Shown here one piece after another: positions 8,495 through 17,165 of a stretch of DNA of 64,000 nucleotides. The stretch covers positions 128,001 through 192,000 of the forward strand of contig DASZWM010000006.1 in NCBI GenBank assembly GCA_035546615.1, read 5' to 3'. Source of the stretch: Minisyncoccota bacterium (GTDB taxonomy: Bacteria; Patescibacteriota; Minisyncoccia; Phycocordibacterales; SBAW01). Positions within the stretch are counted from its first letter, which is position 1. Each line of letters starts with the position of its first letter. Both the position numbers and the translations under genes were made by a program. The notes beneath the pieces are model-generated. The model saw only the letters and a list, made by a program, of their open reading frames with translations. It had not been told where the DNA came from and ran no database searches.

Positions 8495-8761
8495 TCATTG
8501 CGGTCGAGGCATATTCGGAATGGGGCATCCGTTACCGTTCCACACGCTCATCCAGGCTTTCTGTTCCTGGGCCGTGGCGGGAACCGCTGCCGTATCCGGG
8601 ATGCAGAAGGGTCGCACTGTTGCCGGCTCCCAGGTATCAACCACGGGATACACGAAGCTTCGCGAATAAAGCTCGGGGTCTTCCCTGGAGACAGAGGTCG
8701 ATGCGGCGAGAACAGGCGTGCAGACAGAAAGAAGAACTGCAGTGCTCAAGAACCTCCTCAT
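8495..8761 (-). CDS. Hypothetical small secreted protein (~88 aa), start at MRRFLSTAVLLSVCTPVLAAS
   Basis: Signal-peptide-like N-terminus; TAAGGAG SD 8 nt upstream of this ATG. The ORF-track version (to 8866) adds an unlikely N-terminal extension. Confidence 0.5.
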   Translation of the reverse strand: MRRFLSTAVLLSVCTPVLAASTSVSREDPELYSRSFVYPVVDTWEPATVRPFCIPDTAAVPATAQEQKAWMSVWNGNGCPIPNMPRPQ

Positions 8762-8864
8762 GGTACGGCTCCTTAGGCCACCGTGGCCTGCCGCTAGTAT
8801 GCTTCGCGCGCAATGAGCGCGCAATGTGCATATTCGCGATGCTATACTGGAGCTATAAGGATCC

Positions 8865-10544
8865 ATGAGCGCTCTTTCCGATGATCTGAAAAAGATTGTT
8901 CGCGGCGAGGTGGACGAAACGCCCGCCGCGCTGGAGGCCGCGTCGCGCGACGCGAGCCTCTTCGTGGTCCGGCCGGAAGTGATCGTGCGTCCGAAAGACG
9001 CCGCCGATGTGGCCGGCCTCGTGCGCTATGTGTCCGAGCAAAAGAAGACGCCCAAGACCCGCCTTTCACTTACCGCCCGCTCGGCGGGCACCGACATGTC
9101 CGGGGGCCCCTTGACCGACTCGATAGTGCTGGACATGACCGCGCACTTCAACCGCGTGCTGGAAGTCGGCAGCATGTCCGCCACAGTGGAGCCGGGCGTC
9201 TATTTCCGCGATTTCGACCGCGAGACCCAGAAGCAGAACCTCGAGCTTCCCAGCTACACCGCCAGCCGCGAGCTGTGCACCGTGGGGGGCATGGCCGCCA
9301 ACAACTCCGGCGGCGAGAAGAACCTCAAGTACGGCAAGACCGCGCGCTACGTGCAGGAGCTTGAGGTCGTGCTCGCCGACGGGCAGGTGCATACGCTGAG
9401 GAACTTGGAAGGCGAGGAGCTCAAGCGCAAACTGGCCGAAGAGTCCTTTGAAGGCGGCCTCTACCGCAAAATAGCCGCGCTGGTAAGCTCTCCGGAGCAC
9501 CGCGCGATAATAGAGGCGCACAAGCCGACGGTCGAAAAGAACTCCTCCGGCTATGCGCTGTGGGACATCGGCGACGGCGTGAACAGCCTCAACCTCGCGC
9601 GGCTCATGGTGGGCGCGCAGGGGACGCTCGGCATCATCACGAAAATAAAATTCGGCCTCGTGCATCCCAAGCCGTATTCGGCCATGACCGTCGTCTTCCT
9701 GAAGTCGCTGTCGCAATTGGGGACTATCGTGCCGCAGGTGCTCAAGTACGAGCCCGACAGCTTCGAGTCCTACGACGACCACACGTTCTATATCGCGCTG
9801 AAGTATTTCCCCGAATTCGCCAAGCAGATGAAGGCGGGGCTGCTTTCGCTCGCGATGCAGTTTTTGCCCGAGGTCTGGATGGCGCTCACCGGCGGGGTGC
9901 CCAAGCTTATACTCATGGTCGAGTTCCGCTCGCATTCCCAGCGCGAGGCGCTCGCGCGGGCAGAAAAGCTCGCGACGGAAATCGGGAAGAACAAAAGCCC
10001 CGTAAAGGTGCGCGTAGCGAAGGACGAAGCGGGCGCGCGCAAATACTGGACCGTCAGGCACGAGAGCTTCAACCTACTGCGCAAGAAGATACGCGGCCTG
10101 CGCACGGCGCCGTTCATAGACGACTTCGTGGTGGACCCGCTTCGGCTGCCGGAATTCCTGCCGGAACTGCAGAATATCCTCCTCAAATACAATCTCACCT
10201 ACACCATCGCGGGCCACGTGGGCGACGGCAACTTCCATATCATTCCGCTGGTCGACCCCAAAAAGCCCGGGACCGCGAAGGTCATAGACGAGCTCAGCCA
10301 CAAGGTCTACGACCTGGTCGCGCGCTATAAAGGCTCCATTTCCGGCGAGCATAATGACGGGCTCATCCGCACGCCGTATGTCGAGCAGATGTTCGGCCGC
10401 GAGATGTACGCGCTCTTCATGCAGGTCAATCAGATATTTGATCCATTGGACATTTTCAATCCCGGCAAAAAAGTGGGGACGACCTTCTCCGACGCGTTCG
10501 CGAAGCTCGACCTGCCGGGCGTTAAGCCTTCAGCTAAAACATAG
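8865..10544 (+). CDS. FAD-linked oxidase (FAD_binding_4 / GlcD / D-lactate dehydrogenase family)
   Basis: FAD-binding PCMH-type region [16 protein letters not shown]...; 559 aa typical for the family. Confidence 0.8.
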   Translation: MSALSDDLKKIVRGEVDETPAALEAASRDASLFVVRPEVIVRPKDAADVAGLVRYVSEQKKTPKTRLSLTARSAGTDMSGGPLTDSIVLDMTAHFNRVLEVGSMSATVEPGVYFRDFDRETQKQNLELPSYTASRELCTVGGMAANNSGGEKNLKYGKTARYVQELEVVLADGQVHTLRNLEGEELKRKLAEESFEGGLYRKIAALVSSPEHRAIIEAHKPTVEKNSSGYALWDIGDGVNSLNLARLMVGAQGTLGIITKIKFGLVHPKPYSAMTVVFLKSLSQLGTIVPQVLKYEPDSFESYDDHTFYIALKYFPEFAKQMKAGLLSLAMQFLPEVWMALTGGVPKLILMVEFRSHSQREALARAEKLATEIGKNKSPVKVRVAKDEAGARKYWTVRHESFNLLRKKIRGLRTAPFIDDFVVDPLRLPEFLPELQNILLKYNLTYTIAGHVGDGNFHIIPLVDPKKPGTAKVIDELSHKVYDLVARYKGSISGEHNDGLIRTPYVEQMFGREMYALFMQVNQIFDPLDIFNPGKKVGTTFSDAFAKLDLPGVKPSAKT

Positions 10545-10567
10545 GAGGATAGAATATACTTCCCGGC

Positions 10568-11203
10568 ATGAAGATAACGAAATTCGGCCACTGCTGCCTT
10601 CTGCTCGACATCGACGGCGTGAAGATACTCACTGACCCGGGCTCTTTTACGACAGAGCAGAACGCCGTAACGGGCCTCAACGCGGTGCTCATTACCCACA
10701 GCCATGGCGATCACTATCACGCCGAATCCGTGCCCCAGCTTGTGAAAAACAACCCCGAGGCAGTATTCGTAACTAACGGCGAGGTGGGGAAGCTGCTTGA
10801 AACGCAAAGCGTTCCGTACACGAAAGTCGGCGACGGCGGATCGACGGGCATCAAAGGAGTGAAAATAGAAGGCTTCGGCGCCAAGCATGCGGAAATATAC
10901 GGCGAGATGGGCCAGGTCGAGAACACGGGCTACTTCGTGGGAGAGAAATTCTACTTCCCGGGCGACAACTTTTATGATCCGGGCAAGCCGATAGACGTCC
11001 TCGCGCTTCCGGTCGCCGCCCCGTGGCTCAGGATAAAAGACGTCATTGATTTCGCGAAAGCGGTGAAAGCCCGCACGGCCTTCGGCGTGCACGACGGCAT
11101 GATAGTGCCGTCCTTCCGCAGCTTTGCAGGGAACGCGCTCAAGATGTTCGTACCCGAGACCGAGTATGTGGCTATGCAAGATGGGGAAATAAGAGAGTTC
11201 TAA
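10568..11203 (+). CDS. Metallo-beta-lactamase (MBL)-fold metal-dependent hydrolase
   Basis: HSHGDH (HxHxDH) motif, ~210 aa; TATACT hexamer 7 nt upstream of the ATG (leaderless-type). Confidence 0.8.
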   Translation: MKITKFGHCCLLLDIDGVKILTDPGSFTTEQNAVTGLNAVLITHSHGDHYHAESVPQLVKNNPEAVFVTNGEVGKLLETQSVPYTKVGDGGSTGIKGVKIEGFGAKHAEIYGEMGQVENTGYFVGEKFYFPGDNFYDPGKPIDVLALPVAAPWLRIKDVIDFAKAVKARTAFGVHDGMIVPSFRSFAGNALKMFVPETEYVAMQDGEIREF

Positions 11204-11243
11204 TTTGTGTACCGCAAAATAGCCAAAAGCGTATAGTAGTGGC

Positions 11244-12383
11244 ATGGAGCCGCTGGCTAACAAGATACGCCCCAAAACGCTTGATGAGTTTGTGGGCCAG
11301 GAGCACCTGGTCGGCCCCGGCAAGCCCCTGCGCGTGGCTATAGAGGAAGGGCACCTATTCTCTTTTATATTGTGGGGCCCGCCGGGCTCAGGCAAGACGA
11401 CGCTGGCGCGCATCTACGCCAATGCTCTGGACGCCGAGTTCTACGAGCTTTCGGCGGTCGACTCCGGCAAGGAGGACATCAAGCGCATCGTAGGCGAGAA
11501 GGGGGCGCTGGATTTCTCCACGAAGCCTAAAATCCTATTCATCGACGAGATACACCGCTTTAATAAGGCCCAGCAGGATTTTCTCCTGCCGTACGTGGAG
11601 CGCGGCGAGCTCACTCTCATTGGGGCAACGACCGAGAACCCCAGCTTCGAGGTTATCTCGGCGCTCCTGTCGCGCTGCCGCGTGTTCGTGCTCAATGAGC
11701 ACGGCGAAAGCGAGATGGATTCCATTATCAAGCGCACGAAGCTGAAGGTCCCGAAGGATGCGCGCGACTGGCTCGTGCAGATGGCCGGCGGCGACGCGCG
11801 GCAGGCCATTACGACGCTTGAGAATACGCAGAAGCTCTATGGCAAGATAACGGTGGATACCCTCAAGGAAAGCATACAGTCCGCGCACCTGCGCTACGAC
11901 AAGAAGGGCGAGGAGCACTACAACACTATCTCGGCGTTCATAAAGAGCATGCGCGCCAGCCAGCCCGACGCGGCGCTGTACTACCTGGCGCGCATGGTCG
12001 AAGCGGGTGAGGATCCGCTCTTTATTGCCCGGCGGATGGTGATATTCGCCAGCGAAGACGTAGGGCTGGCGCAGCCGACCGCGCTTGTAGTAGCCAACGC
12101 GGTGTTCGAAGCATGCGACAAGATAGGCTACCCCGAGGCGGCAATAAACCTGGCGCACGGCGTGGCGTATCTGGCGAGCTGTAAAAAGGACCGCAGCGCG
12201 TACGACGGATATTTCGACGCGCTGGACGACGTACGAAAATTCGGCAACCTCCCTATACCGCTCAAGATCCGCAACGCGCCGACGAAGCTGATGAAAGACC
12301 TCAAGTACGGCAAAGGCTATGAAAGATACGACAAGGAATCCTACCTGCCCGAAAAGCTGAAGGGCAAGAAATATCTGAAATAG
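11244..12383 (+). CDS. rarA: Replication-associated recombination protein A (AAA+ ATPase RarA/MgsA)
   Basis: Walker [12 protein letters not shown]; LADKIRP-like N-terminus ([19 protein letters not shown]); MgsA C-terminal domain. Confidence 0.9.
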   Translation: MEPLANKIRPKTLDEFVGQEHLVGPGKPLRVAIEEGHLFSFILWGPPGSGKTTLARIYANALDAEFYELSAVDSGKEDIKRIVGEKGALDFSTKPKILFIDEIHRFNKAQQDFLLPYVERGELTLIGATTENPSFEVISALLSRCRVFVLNEHGESEMDSIIKRTKLKVPKDARDWLVQMAGGDARQAITTLENTQKLYGKITVDTLKESIQSAHLRYDKKGEEHYNTISAFIKSMRASQPDAALYYLARMVEAGEDPLFIARRMVIFASEDVGLAQPTALVVANAVFEACDKIGYPEAAINLAHGVAYLASCKKDRSAYDGYFDALDDVRKFGNLPIPLKIRNAPTKLMKDLKYGKGYERYDKESYLPEKLKGKKYLK

Positions 12384-12386
12384 CAA

Positions 12387-12425
12387 AGCCGCCGGATGCT
12401 TACGCGCATTCCGGCGGCTTCTTCT
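12387..12425 (+). terminator. Rho-independent terminator after rarA (AAGCCGCCGGA...TCCGGCGGCTT plus CTTCTGTTGT)
   Basis: 11-bp stem followed by a T-rich stretch. Confidence 0.65.
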
Positions 12426-12505
12426 GTTGTCGGTCGTATATCCGAAGGTGCTTTTGGGCCGGCTTCGTGCCGGTGCCTGCGCAATCCGTGCACTTCTTGT
12501 ACCAC

Positions 12506-12916
12506 TCACGGATCGGGCGGCCCCTCTCCGGCCGCAGCAGCCACCCCATGCCGCGGCATCGCCTGCAGATGCGCACGCGCTCTCCTTTCTTTCAGGTGAT
12601 GGCGGTGCTCTTCGTGGCCGACCCGGGCGGCGAGGATCGCTTCCGCCGCTTTGTGCCACACCAGGGTCCAGAGCTCGGGAGTGATACTCTCCTTGCGGTT
12701 CCATTGGCGCGGGACCAGCAGGAGCACGGGATTATCGGCCGACGGCTCGTCCAGGGAAAATTCCCAGGCATGACCCTCGACCAGCACCCGCGCCCTGTTC
12801 CTGGTCGCGAGATAGAGACGAATGATGCCGGGGAATCGCTCCTCGGCATCAAAGAGTTGCTCGTCCGTGAGGATGAACTCGCGGAGCTTTACTTGGGACG
12901 GCGAGGTGCTGCTCAT
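12506..12916 (-). CDS. Hypothetical protein (136 aa), second gene of a two-gene operon
   Basis: Protein-like composition on the minus strand (MSSTSPSQVKLREFILTDEQLFDAEERFPGIIRLYLATRNR...HEEHRHH), whereas the overlapping plus-strand ORF 12467-12922 is R/P-rich shadow. GGAGG 9 nt before the ATG. Confidence 0.5.
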   Translation of the reverse strand: MSSTSPSQVKLREFILTDEQLFDAEERFPGIIRLYLATRNRARVLVEGHAWEFSLDEPSADNPVLLLVPRQWNRKESITPELWTLVWHKAAEAILAARVGHEEHRHHLKERRARAHLQAMPRHGVAAAAGEGPPDP

Positions 12917-12918
12917 CG

Positions 12919-13134
12919 CTAGTCGCCTCCGATTTTCCGCGTGCGCTCGAGATCATTGCGGGTGTATCCCCGCTTGCGATACCGGGCGTACTGGCGGTTT
13001 TGCTCGCGCTCCTGCGACACCTGCCGGGGATCAGGAAGTTCGCGGGGCGACTGCGGCTGCTGCCGCGGCGCGCCGTGAGGCGAGTAATCAAGCGGCGTCG
13101 AGCCGCTCGCCCATTTGCTTGTGTGATGGTCCAC
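12919..13134 (-). CDS. Hypothetical small basic/Gln-rich protein (71 aa, GTG start), first gene of the two-gene operon
   Basis: GCGGAGG SD 6 nt before the GTG. Ends 2 nt before the downstream gene's ATG. Low-complexity R/Q/P-rich sequence. Confidence 0.4.
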   Translation of the reverse strand: MDHHTSKWASGSTPLDYSPHGAPRQQPQSPRELPDPRQVSQEREQNRQYARYRKRGYTRNDLERTRKIGGD

Positions 13135-13186
13135 TGCGGGCCTCCGCGTTGACTGTGAAATGAACGGATGAAATTGCGACCGGTAC

Positions 13187-13195
13187 TCTAATATC
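13187..13195 (-). promoter_or_regulatory. Extended -10 promoter (TGATATAAT on the minus strand) driving the 13134..12506 operon, ~60-nt leader with an SD
   Basis: Reverse complement reads TTTTGTGATATAATAG. Confidence 0.5.
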
Positions 13196-13263
13196 TATTA
13201 TATCACAAAACTCCCTAAATTGCAAGTGAAGCGGGGAGGGAAGTGGATAACCCTGAAAAAGCC

Positions 13264-13716
13264 TTATGAGAAGAGGCTTTCAACGATGCCTTTGACGACG
13301 GTGCCGTCGGCTTTGCCCTTGAGGTCCTTCATGAGGGCGCCCATAACCTTGTTGGCGCCGGATTTGTCGGTAACGCCCATTTCAGCGGCCTTGGCTTTGG
13401 CGGCGGCGGTTATTTCGTCATTGGACATCTGTGCGGGGAGGAAGCCTTCGAGTATCGCGAGCTCGGCCTTCTCGCCCTCAGCGAGTTCCGGGCGGCCGCC
13501 CTTCTCGAACTGCTCAATGGAATCTTTGCGCTGCTTGGAGGCGCGGATGATAACGCTCATAAGCTCGTCGTCGGTGAGCATGGCGTCCGGGCCTTTGCCC
13601 CTGGTTACCGCCTCGTTGGTCGCGGCGGCGGAAAGCCCGCGCAAAACCGAAAGGCGCACGGCGTCCTTGGCGCGCATCGCGTCCTTAATGGCCTCCTTGA
13701 GTTCTGGGTGTGTCAT
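13264..13716 (-). CDS. yqeY: GatB/YqeY domain protein (start at MTHPELKEAIKDAM)
   Basis: MTHPELKEAIKDAMRAKDAVRLSVLRGLSAA...EGFLPAQMSNDEITAAAKAKAAEMG matches the YqeY family. The first 18 codons in the track ORF are unlikely. Confidence 0.8.
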   Translation of the reverse strand: MTHPELKEAIKDAMRAKDAVRLSVLRGLSAAATNEAVTRGKGPDAMLTDDELMSVIIRASKQRKDSIEQFEKGGRPELAEGEKAELAILEGFLPAQMSNDEITAAAKAKAAEMGVTDKSGANKVMGALMKDLKGKADGTVVKGIVESLFS

Positions 13717-13753
13717 ATGATTACAAATTTGTGTACCTGAACTATAGCAAAAA

Positions 13754-13762
13754 TGGTACCAT
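13754..13762 (+). promoter_or_regulatory. Extended -10 (TGGTACCAT) 6 nt upstream of the rmuC ATG; leaderless-type promoter
   Basis: TGG plus TACCAT (TAnnnT), then ACCGCC, then ATG 13769; part of the palindrome ATGGTACCAT. Confidence 0.45.
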
Positions 13763-13768
13763 ACCGCC

Positions 13769-14872
13769 ATGGACCCGCTCGTGTTACTTCTTATCGTCCT
13801 GGTGCTTGGAAACGCCGCGACTATCTATCTGCTGTGGAAGCGCACGCAGACTACTGACGAGGGCGGCCCTGCCGACACCCAAGGCTTTATGCTTCTGCAA
13901 AACCAGCTGTCGGAGCTATCGCGCGCGATGGAGAACAAGCTGGGCGAGGGCACGAACCGCATGTTCGAGGGCATGAAGACGCAGTCCGAGCAGTCGGAGC
14001 GCCTTATCGCCACCATCAGCCGCCAGGTAACCGAACAGCTGGTCGAAGTCACTAAGGGCGTTACCGCGACGCAGGAGTCCACCAAGCAGGTGTTTACCAT
14101 CGCAGAGCAGCTCCAGAATCTGGAAAAGGTGCTCAAGCATCAGAAGCAGCGCGGCAACCTGGGCGAAGCGAGTCTCGAGCTCATTCTGGCCAACATCTTG
14201 CCGCCGGGGGCGTATCAGATGCAGTACGAGTTCCCGGGCGGGGAAACGGTGGACGCCGTCATACAGACCAAAGAGGGCGTTATTCCGATAGACGCCAAGT
14301 TCAGCCTCGACAACTACCAGCGGCTCATCAATGCGATAGACGATGTGCAGAAGGCGGAGCTTGAAAAGCAGTTCAAGAACGACCTCAAGCTGCGCATCGA
14401 CGAAACGAGCAAATACGTGCGCCCCAAGGACGGCACCCTGCCGTTCGCCTTCATGTACATTCCGGCCGAGGCCATCTACTACGACCTGCTTATAAACGAA
14501 GTCGGGTCGGTCAAGGTGAACACGCGCAATCTCATCGATTACGCGTACAACGAGAAGAAAGTCATCATCGTTTCGCCGACGACCTTCGCCGCGTACCTGC
14601 AGTCGGTCCTGTACGGCTTCAAGGCGTTCAAGATAGAGGAACAGGCAAAGGACATCGCCAAGAACGTGGAGGCGCTCGGCCGCCATATAAACGCGTACCA
14701 GGACTTCTATAAGAAGCTCGGCGCGTCGCTCTCGACCACGGTGAACCACTTCAACGCGGGCAGCAAAGAATTGGGCAAGATTGAAAAGGACGTCCTGCGC
14801 ATCGACGCCTCGTCGGAACTGGCGATAGACATCCCCATGCTCGACAAGCCAATCCTGGAAGGGAAGGACTAA
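13769..14872 (+). CDS. rmuC: DNA recombination protein RmuC
   Basis: N-terminal TM helix, long coiled-coil, conserved RmuC C-terminal region (GNLGEASLELIL...IPIDAKFSL...FAFMYIP). Confidence 0.88.
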   Translation: MDPLVLLLIVLVLGNAATIYLLWKRTQTTDEGGPADTQGFMLLQNQLSELSRAMENKLGEGTNRMFEGMKTQSEQSERLIATISRQVTEQLVEVTKGVTATQESTKQVFTIAEQLQNLEKVLKHQKQRGNLGEASLELILANILPPGAYQMQYEFPGGETVDAVIQTKEGVIPIDAKFSLDNYQRLINAIDDVQKAELEKQFKNDLKLRIDETSKYVRPKDGTLPFAFMYIPAEAIYYDLLINEVGSVKVNTRNLIDYAYNEKKVIIVSPTTFAAYLQSVLYGFKAFKIEEQAKDIAKNVEALGRHINAYQDFYKKLGASLSTTVNHFNAGSKELGKIEKDVLRIDASSELAIDIPMLDKPILEGKD

Positions 14873-14965
14873 AAAGAAAAACGGCCGCTCCCGGGAGGAA
14901 CGGCCGCCAGTGCCCTGGTTCTCGGCCAGGGCATTCGGGCAGGGGAGCGACCCGCCTGCCGAAAT

Positions 14966-15073
14966 TCATTGAATCCGATGGTCTTTCACCTCGGGCATTC
15001 CTTTTGCGCGGAAAGCCCAGATGACAAGGCCGCCCACCATCGCGAGGAACAGCAGTAATGCAAGGTCAAACAT
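14966..15073 (-). CDS. Candidate 35-aa single-TM small protein (MFDLALLLFLAMVGGLVIWAFRAKGMPEVKDHRIQ)
   Basis: Perfect SD GGAGGT 5 nt before the ATG. Candidate promoter TTGAAC-N16-TACTCT upstream (15120-15147 on the minus strand). Hydrophobic helix. Below the ORF-track cutoff. Confidence 0.4.
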   Translation of the reverse strand: MFDLALLLFLAMVGGLVIWAFRAKGMPEVKDHRIQ

Positions 15074-15170
15074 GCCGACCTCCCGCCTTTCGCGTTGATG
15101 CACCTTCAGTACCGCCTATAGAGTACTCCTCTCCGGCGGGAGTTCAAGAGCGCAATCCACTCGCCGCGAA

Positions 15171-15198
15171 TTGCAGTTTTTATATTTTGTGGTATGGT
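15171..15198 (+). promoter_or_regulatory. Sigma-70-type promoter TTGCAG-N16-TATGGT with TGG extension (TGTGGTATGGT) for the MaoC-like gene; ~58-nt leader ending in a GGAGGAG SD
   Basis: -35 at 15171-15176, -10 at 15193-15198. Confidence 0.5.
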
Positions 15199-15256
15199 AT
15201 TCCCGGATGCGGCGCATTCCGCGCGTATCGTTTCTCGATAATAGTGGAGGAGAATT

Positions 15257-15847
15257 ATGGTCATCGAAGCGCCGGGAATGCCGACAAAGGCTGGGACAGG
15301 ATCGTGTCCGTGGCAGCCGGGGTATGAGTTTTCCTTTGATCTGGGCGCATTCAGCCGAGTCGAGGTTGCGGAGTATGTGCGGCGGGTCAGAGATCCCAAT
15401 GCCATCCATATCGATGCCGAAGCGGCTCGCAAATTCTGCGTTGCCCGCGGCATCGCGGTCCGAATGCCTAAGGAATGGATCGTTCCCGGCATGGCGCCTC
15501 TGGATCGCCTGCCCGGCCTCTTCGTCGACAAGTTCGGTCAGAACACGCACCTGGTCGAGATCAAACGTACGCTCTTTGTGCAGCCCTGCTTTACGGGCGA
15601 AATGCTCCGCGCCGACTGCGCTATCGCGGATGTCCGCAGCGTCGGTCAGGCGGACTGGCATATTTCGTGCCGGATACGCATTTCGGTTGCGGATGCCGAA
15701 GAAGATATCGTGACGGTCACAGGCTCGGCCGCCTTCAGAACGCCGAAGACGGGCTTACGCGCCGATGACCCGGCACTCGATAGAACCGGCATTCCGGCGG
15801 CCGAGAAGCTGCTGGAAGACGACCATGGCGGCGTCTCGAAGCACTGA
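15257..15847 (+). CDS. MaoC-like (R)-specific enoyl-CoA hydratase / hot-dog fold protein
   Basis: DPNAIHIDAEAARKFCVARGIAV (MaoC dehydratase motif); SD GGAGGAG before the ATG. Confidence 0.7.
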   Translation: MVIEAPGMPTKAGTGSCPWQPGYEFSFDLGAFSRVEVAEYVRRVRDPNAIHIDAEAARKFCVARGIAVRMPKEWIVPGMAPLDRLPGLFVDKFGQNTHLVEIKRTLFVQPCFTGEMLRADCAIADVRSVGQADWHISCRIRISVADAEEDIVTVTGSAAFRTPKTGLRADDPALDRTGIPAAEKLLEDDHGGVSKH

Positions 15848-15933
15848 AGCGTCGGCAGCTCAAGGCCCGAGGAGGAATCTCCCCGGGCCTTGCTTTTTTC
15901 CTTATATCGGGCTATATTTTCCCCACAACAGCC

Positions 15934-16257
15934 ATGGCACAGGAATTCGCTATCATAGAGACCGGCGGGAAGCAGTATATGGTTTCCGAGGGCGACACCG
16001 TCAAAATCGAGAAGATCTCGGGCACCTTCGCCGAGGGCGATACGGTAGCCTTCGACAAGGTCCTCATGCTCGACAACGGCGCCGATACGACCGTCGGCGA
16101 GCCGTATATCAAGGGCGCCAAGGTGTCCGCGCAGATACAGAAGATAGCGAAGGCCAAGAAGGTCGTCGTCATCAAGTACAAGGCAAAGAGCAACTATTTC
16201 AAAAAGCGCGGCCATCGCCAGCCGTTCTTCGAGGTCAAGATCTCGAGCATCCGGTAA
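15934..16257 (+). CDS. rplU: 50S ribosomal protein L21
   Basis: FAIIETGGKQYMVSEGDTVKIEKI...FDKVLML...RGHRQPFFEVKI. Confidence 0.95.
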   Translation: MAQEFAIIETGGKQYMVSEGDTVKIEKISGTFAEGDTVAFDKVLMLDNGADTTVGEPYIKGAKVSAQIQKIAKAKKVVVIKYKAKSNYFKKRGHRQPFFEVKISSIR

Positions 16258-16269
16258 AGAAGCCGCCCC

Positions 16270-16297
16270 GAAGGGCGGCTTTCTCCTCGCTATAGCA
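16270..16297 (+). terminator. Rho-independent terminator directly after rplU (AAGCCGCCCC-GAA-GGGGCGGCTT plus TCTCC)
   Basis: Perfect 10-bp GC stem. Confidence 0.7.
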
Positions 16298-16311
16298 TGA
16301 GCGCAGGCCGG

Positions 16312-16476
16312 TCAGCGGGCGGACATGCCGTACTTCCAGCCGAAAAACACGCCCGCCGCGATCAGGATCACGGCCAAAAGCGGGGCGGAATATAAAAGGC
16401 GGCCCCACGTTCTTCTGTACTCCTCGGCCTGGCCTTTATCCCAAGCCGCGAGGTCGTCTTCGTCTACGGCACGCAT
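16312..16476 (-). CDS. Hypothetical small membrane protein (54 aa from MRAVDEDDLAAWDK...), downstream of recR
   Basis: GGGAGG SD 6 nt upstream of this ATG; C-terminal TM helix LLAVILIAAGVFFGW. Confidence 0.45.
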   Translation of the reverse strand: MRAVDEDDLAAWDKGQAEEYRRTWGRLLYSAPLLAVILIAAGVFFGWKYGMSAR

Positions 16477-16532
16477 GCGTACCTCCCTTCGTTTCTCCTG
16501 CGGGCAACTATACAGCATTTTCGGGAACTCTT

Positions 16533-17150
16533 CTAGCTGCGCGAGCTAAGCGCGCTGGCGATAGTGTCCGGGTCGGCGTATTCTATCTCGCTGCCGGTCG
16601 AGAGGCCGCGGCCGAGGCTTGAGAGCCTGAAGTTGAACCCTTGGCTCATGGGGCGAAGCTTCTCGCTCAGAAGCTGGCGGGTATGGTCGCCCTCGGTCGT
16701 GGCGGAGAGGCCCAAAATAAGTTCGGTCAAAACCAGGTCGCTGCCGTCCCGCTCTACCCGTGCTACCAGCTCGCGCATGCGGATGTGGCTTTGGGGCTCC
16801 TCGGCCGCCAGCGGCACGGTGCCGCCCAGCACGAAGTACACGCCCTTGAAGCCGCTTCTCTCAACGTTGTCGATATCCGCGTCCTTTTCGACGACGAACA
16901 GTATCCCTTTCTCGCGCCTGGAGTTGCCGCAGATATTGCAGAGGACGGTGTCGTCGGCGCTTTTGACAGACCAGCGGAAACACTCCGAGCACTGAAAGGT
17001 GTTGGCGCCCAGCTTGCCCAAGTCCTGCGCGAGCGCCGCGCGAAAGGCGCCCGGCTGAACCAGGAGGAACTGCACGAACCGCCGCGCCTGCCGGGGCCCT
17101 ATGCCGGGAAAGCGCTCGAATGCCTGGGTTAGCCGGTCTATCGGGTTCAC
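16533..17150 (-). CDS. recR: Recombination protein RecR (GTG start)
   Basis: LTQAFERFPGIGPRQARRFVQFLL (HhH), Cys4 zinc finger CSECFRW...CNICG, Toprim region. Confidence 0.92.
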   Translation of the reverse strand: MNPIDRLTQAFERFPGIGPRQARRFVQFLLVQPGAFRAALAQDLGKLGANTFQCSECFRWSVKSADDTVLCNICGNSRREKGILFVVEKDADIDNVERSGFKGVYFVLGGTVPLAAEEPQSHIRMRELVARVERDGSDLVLTELILGLSATTEGDHTRQLLSEKLRPMSQGFNFRLSSLGRGLSTGSEIEYADPDTIASALSSRS

Positions 17151-17165
17151 CCTTCTATTTTACAG

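Noticed and set aside
10545-10552. GGAGGA resembling a Shine-Dalgarno upstream of the MBL hydrolase
   Set aside because: It overlaps the stop codon of the preceding gene and lies 16-21 nt from the ATG; an in-frame TAG directly upstream precludes an earlier start. Treated as coincidental; the gene looks leaderless.
9066-12704. Long minus-strand ORFs 9066-10061, 10430-11413, 11535-12704
   Set aside because: Antisense to the FAD oxidase, the MBL hydrolase and rarA respectively; R/H/G-rich.
12467-12922. 151-aa plus-strand ORF
   Set aside because: R/P-rich with poor composition; the overlapping minus-strand 12506-12916 frame is protein-like and has an SD.
13916-14749. 277-aa minus-strand ORF
   Set aside because: Antisense to rmuC.
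15116-15661. 181-aa minus-strand ORF
   Set aside because: Antisense to the MaoC-like gene, which has an SD and a promoter.
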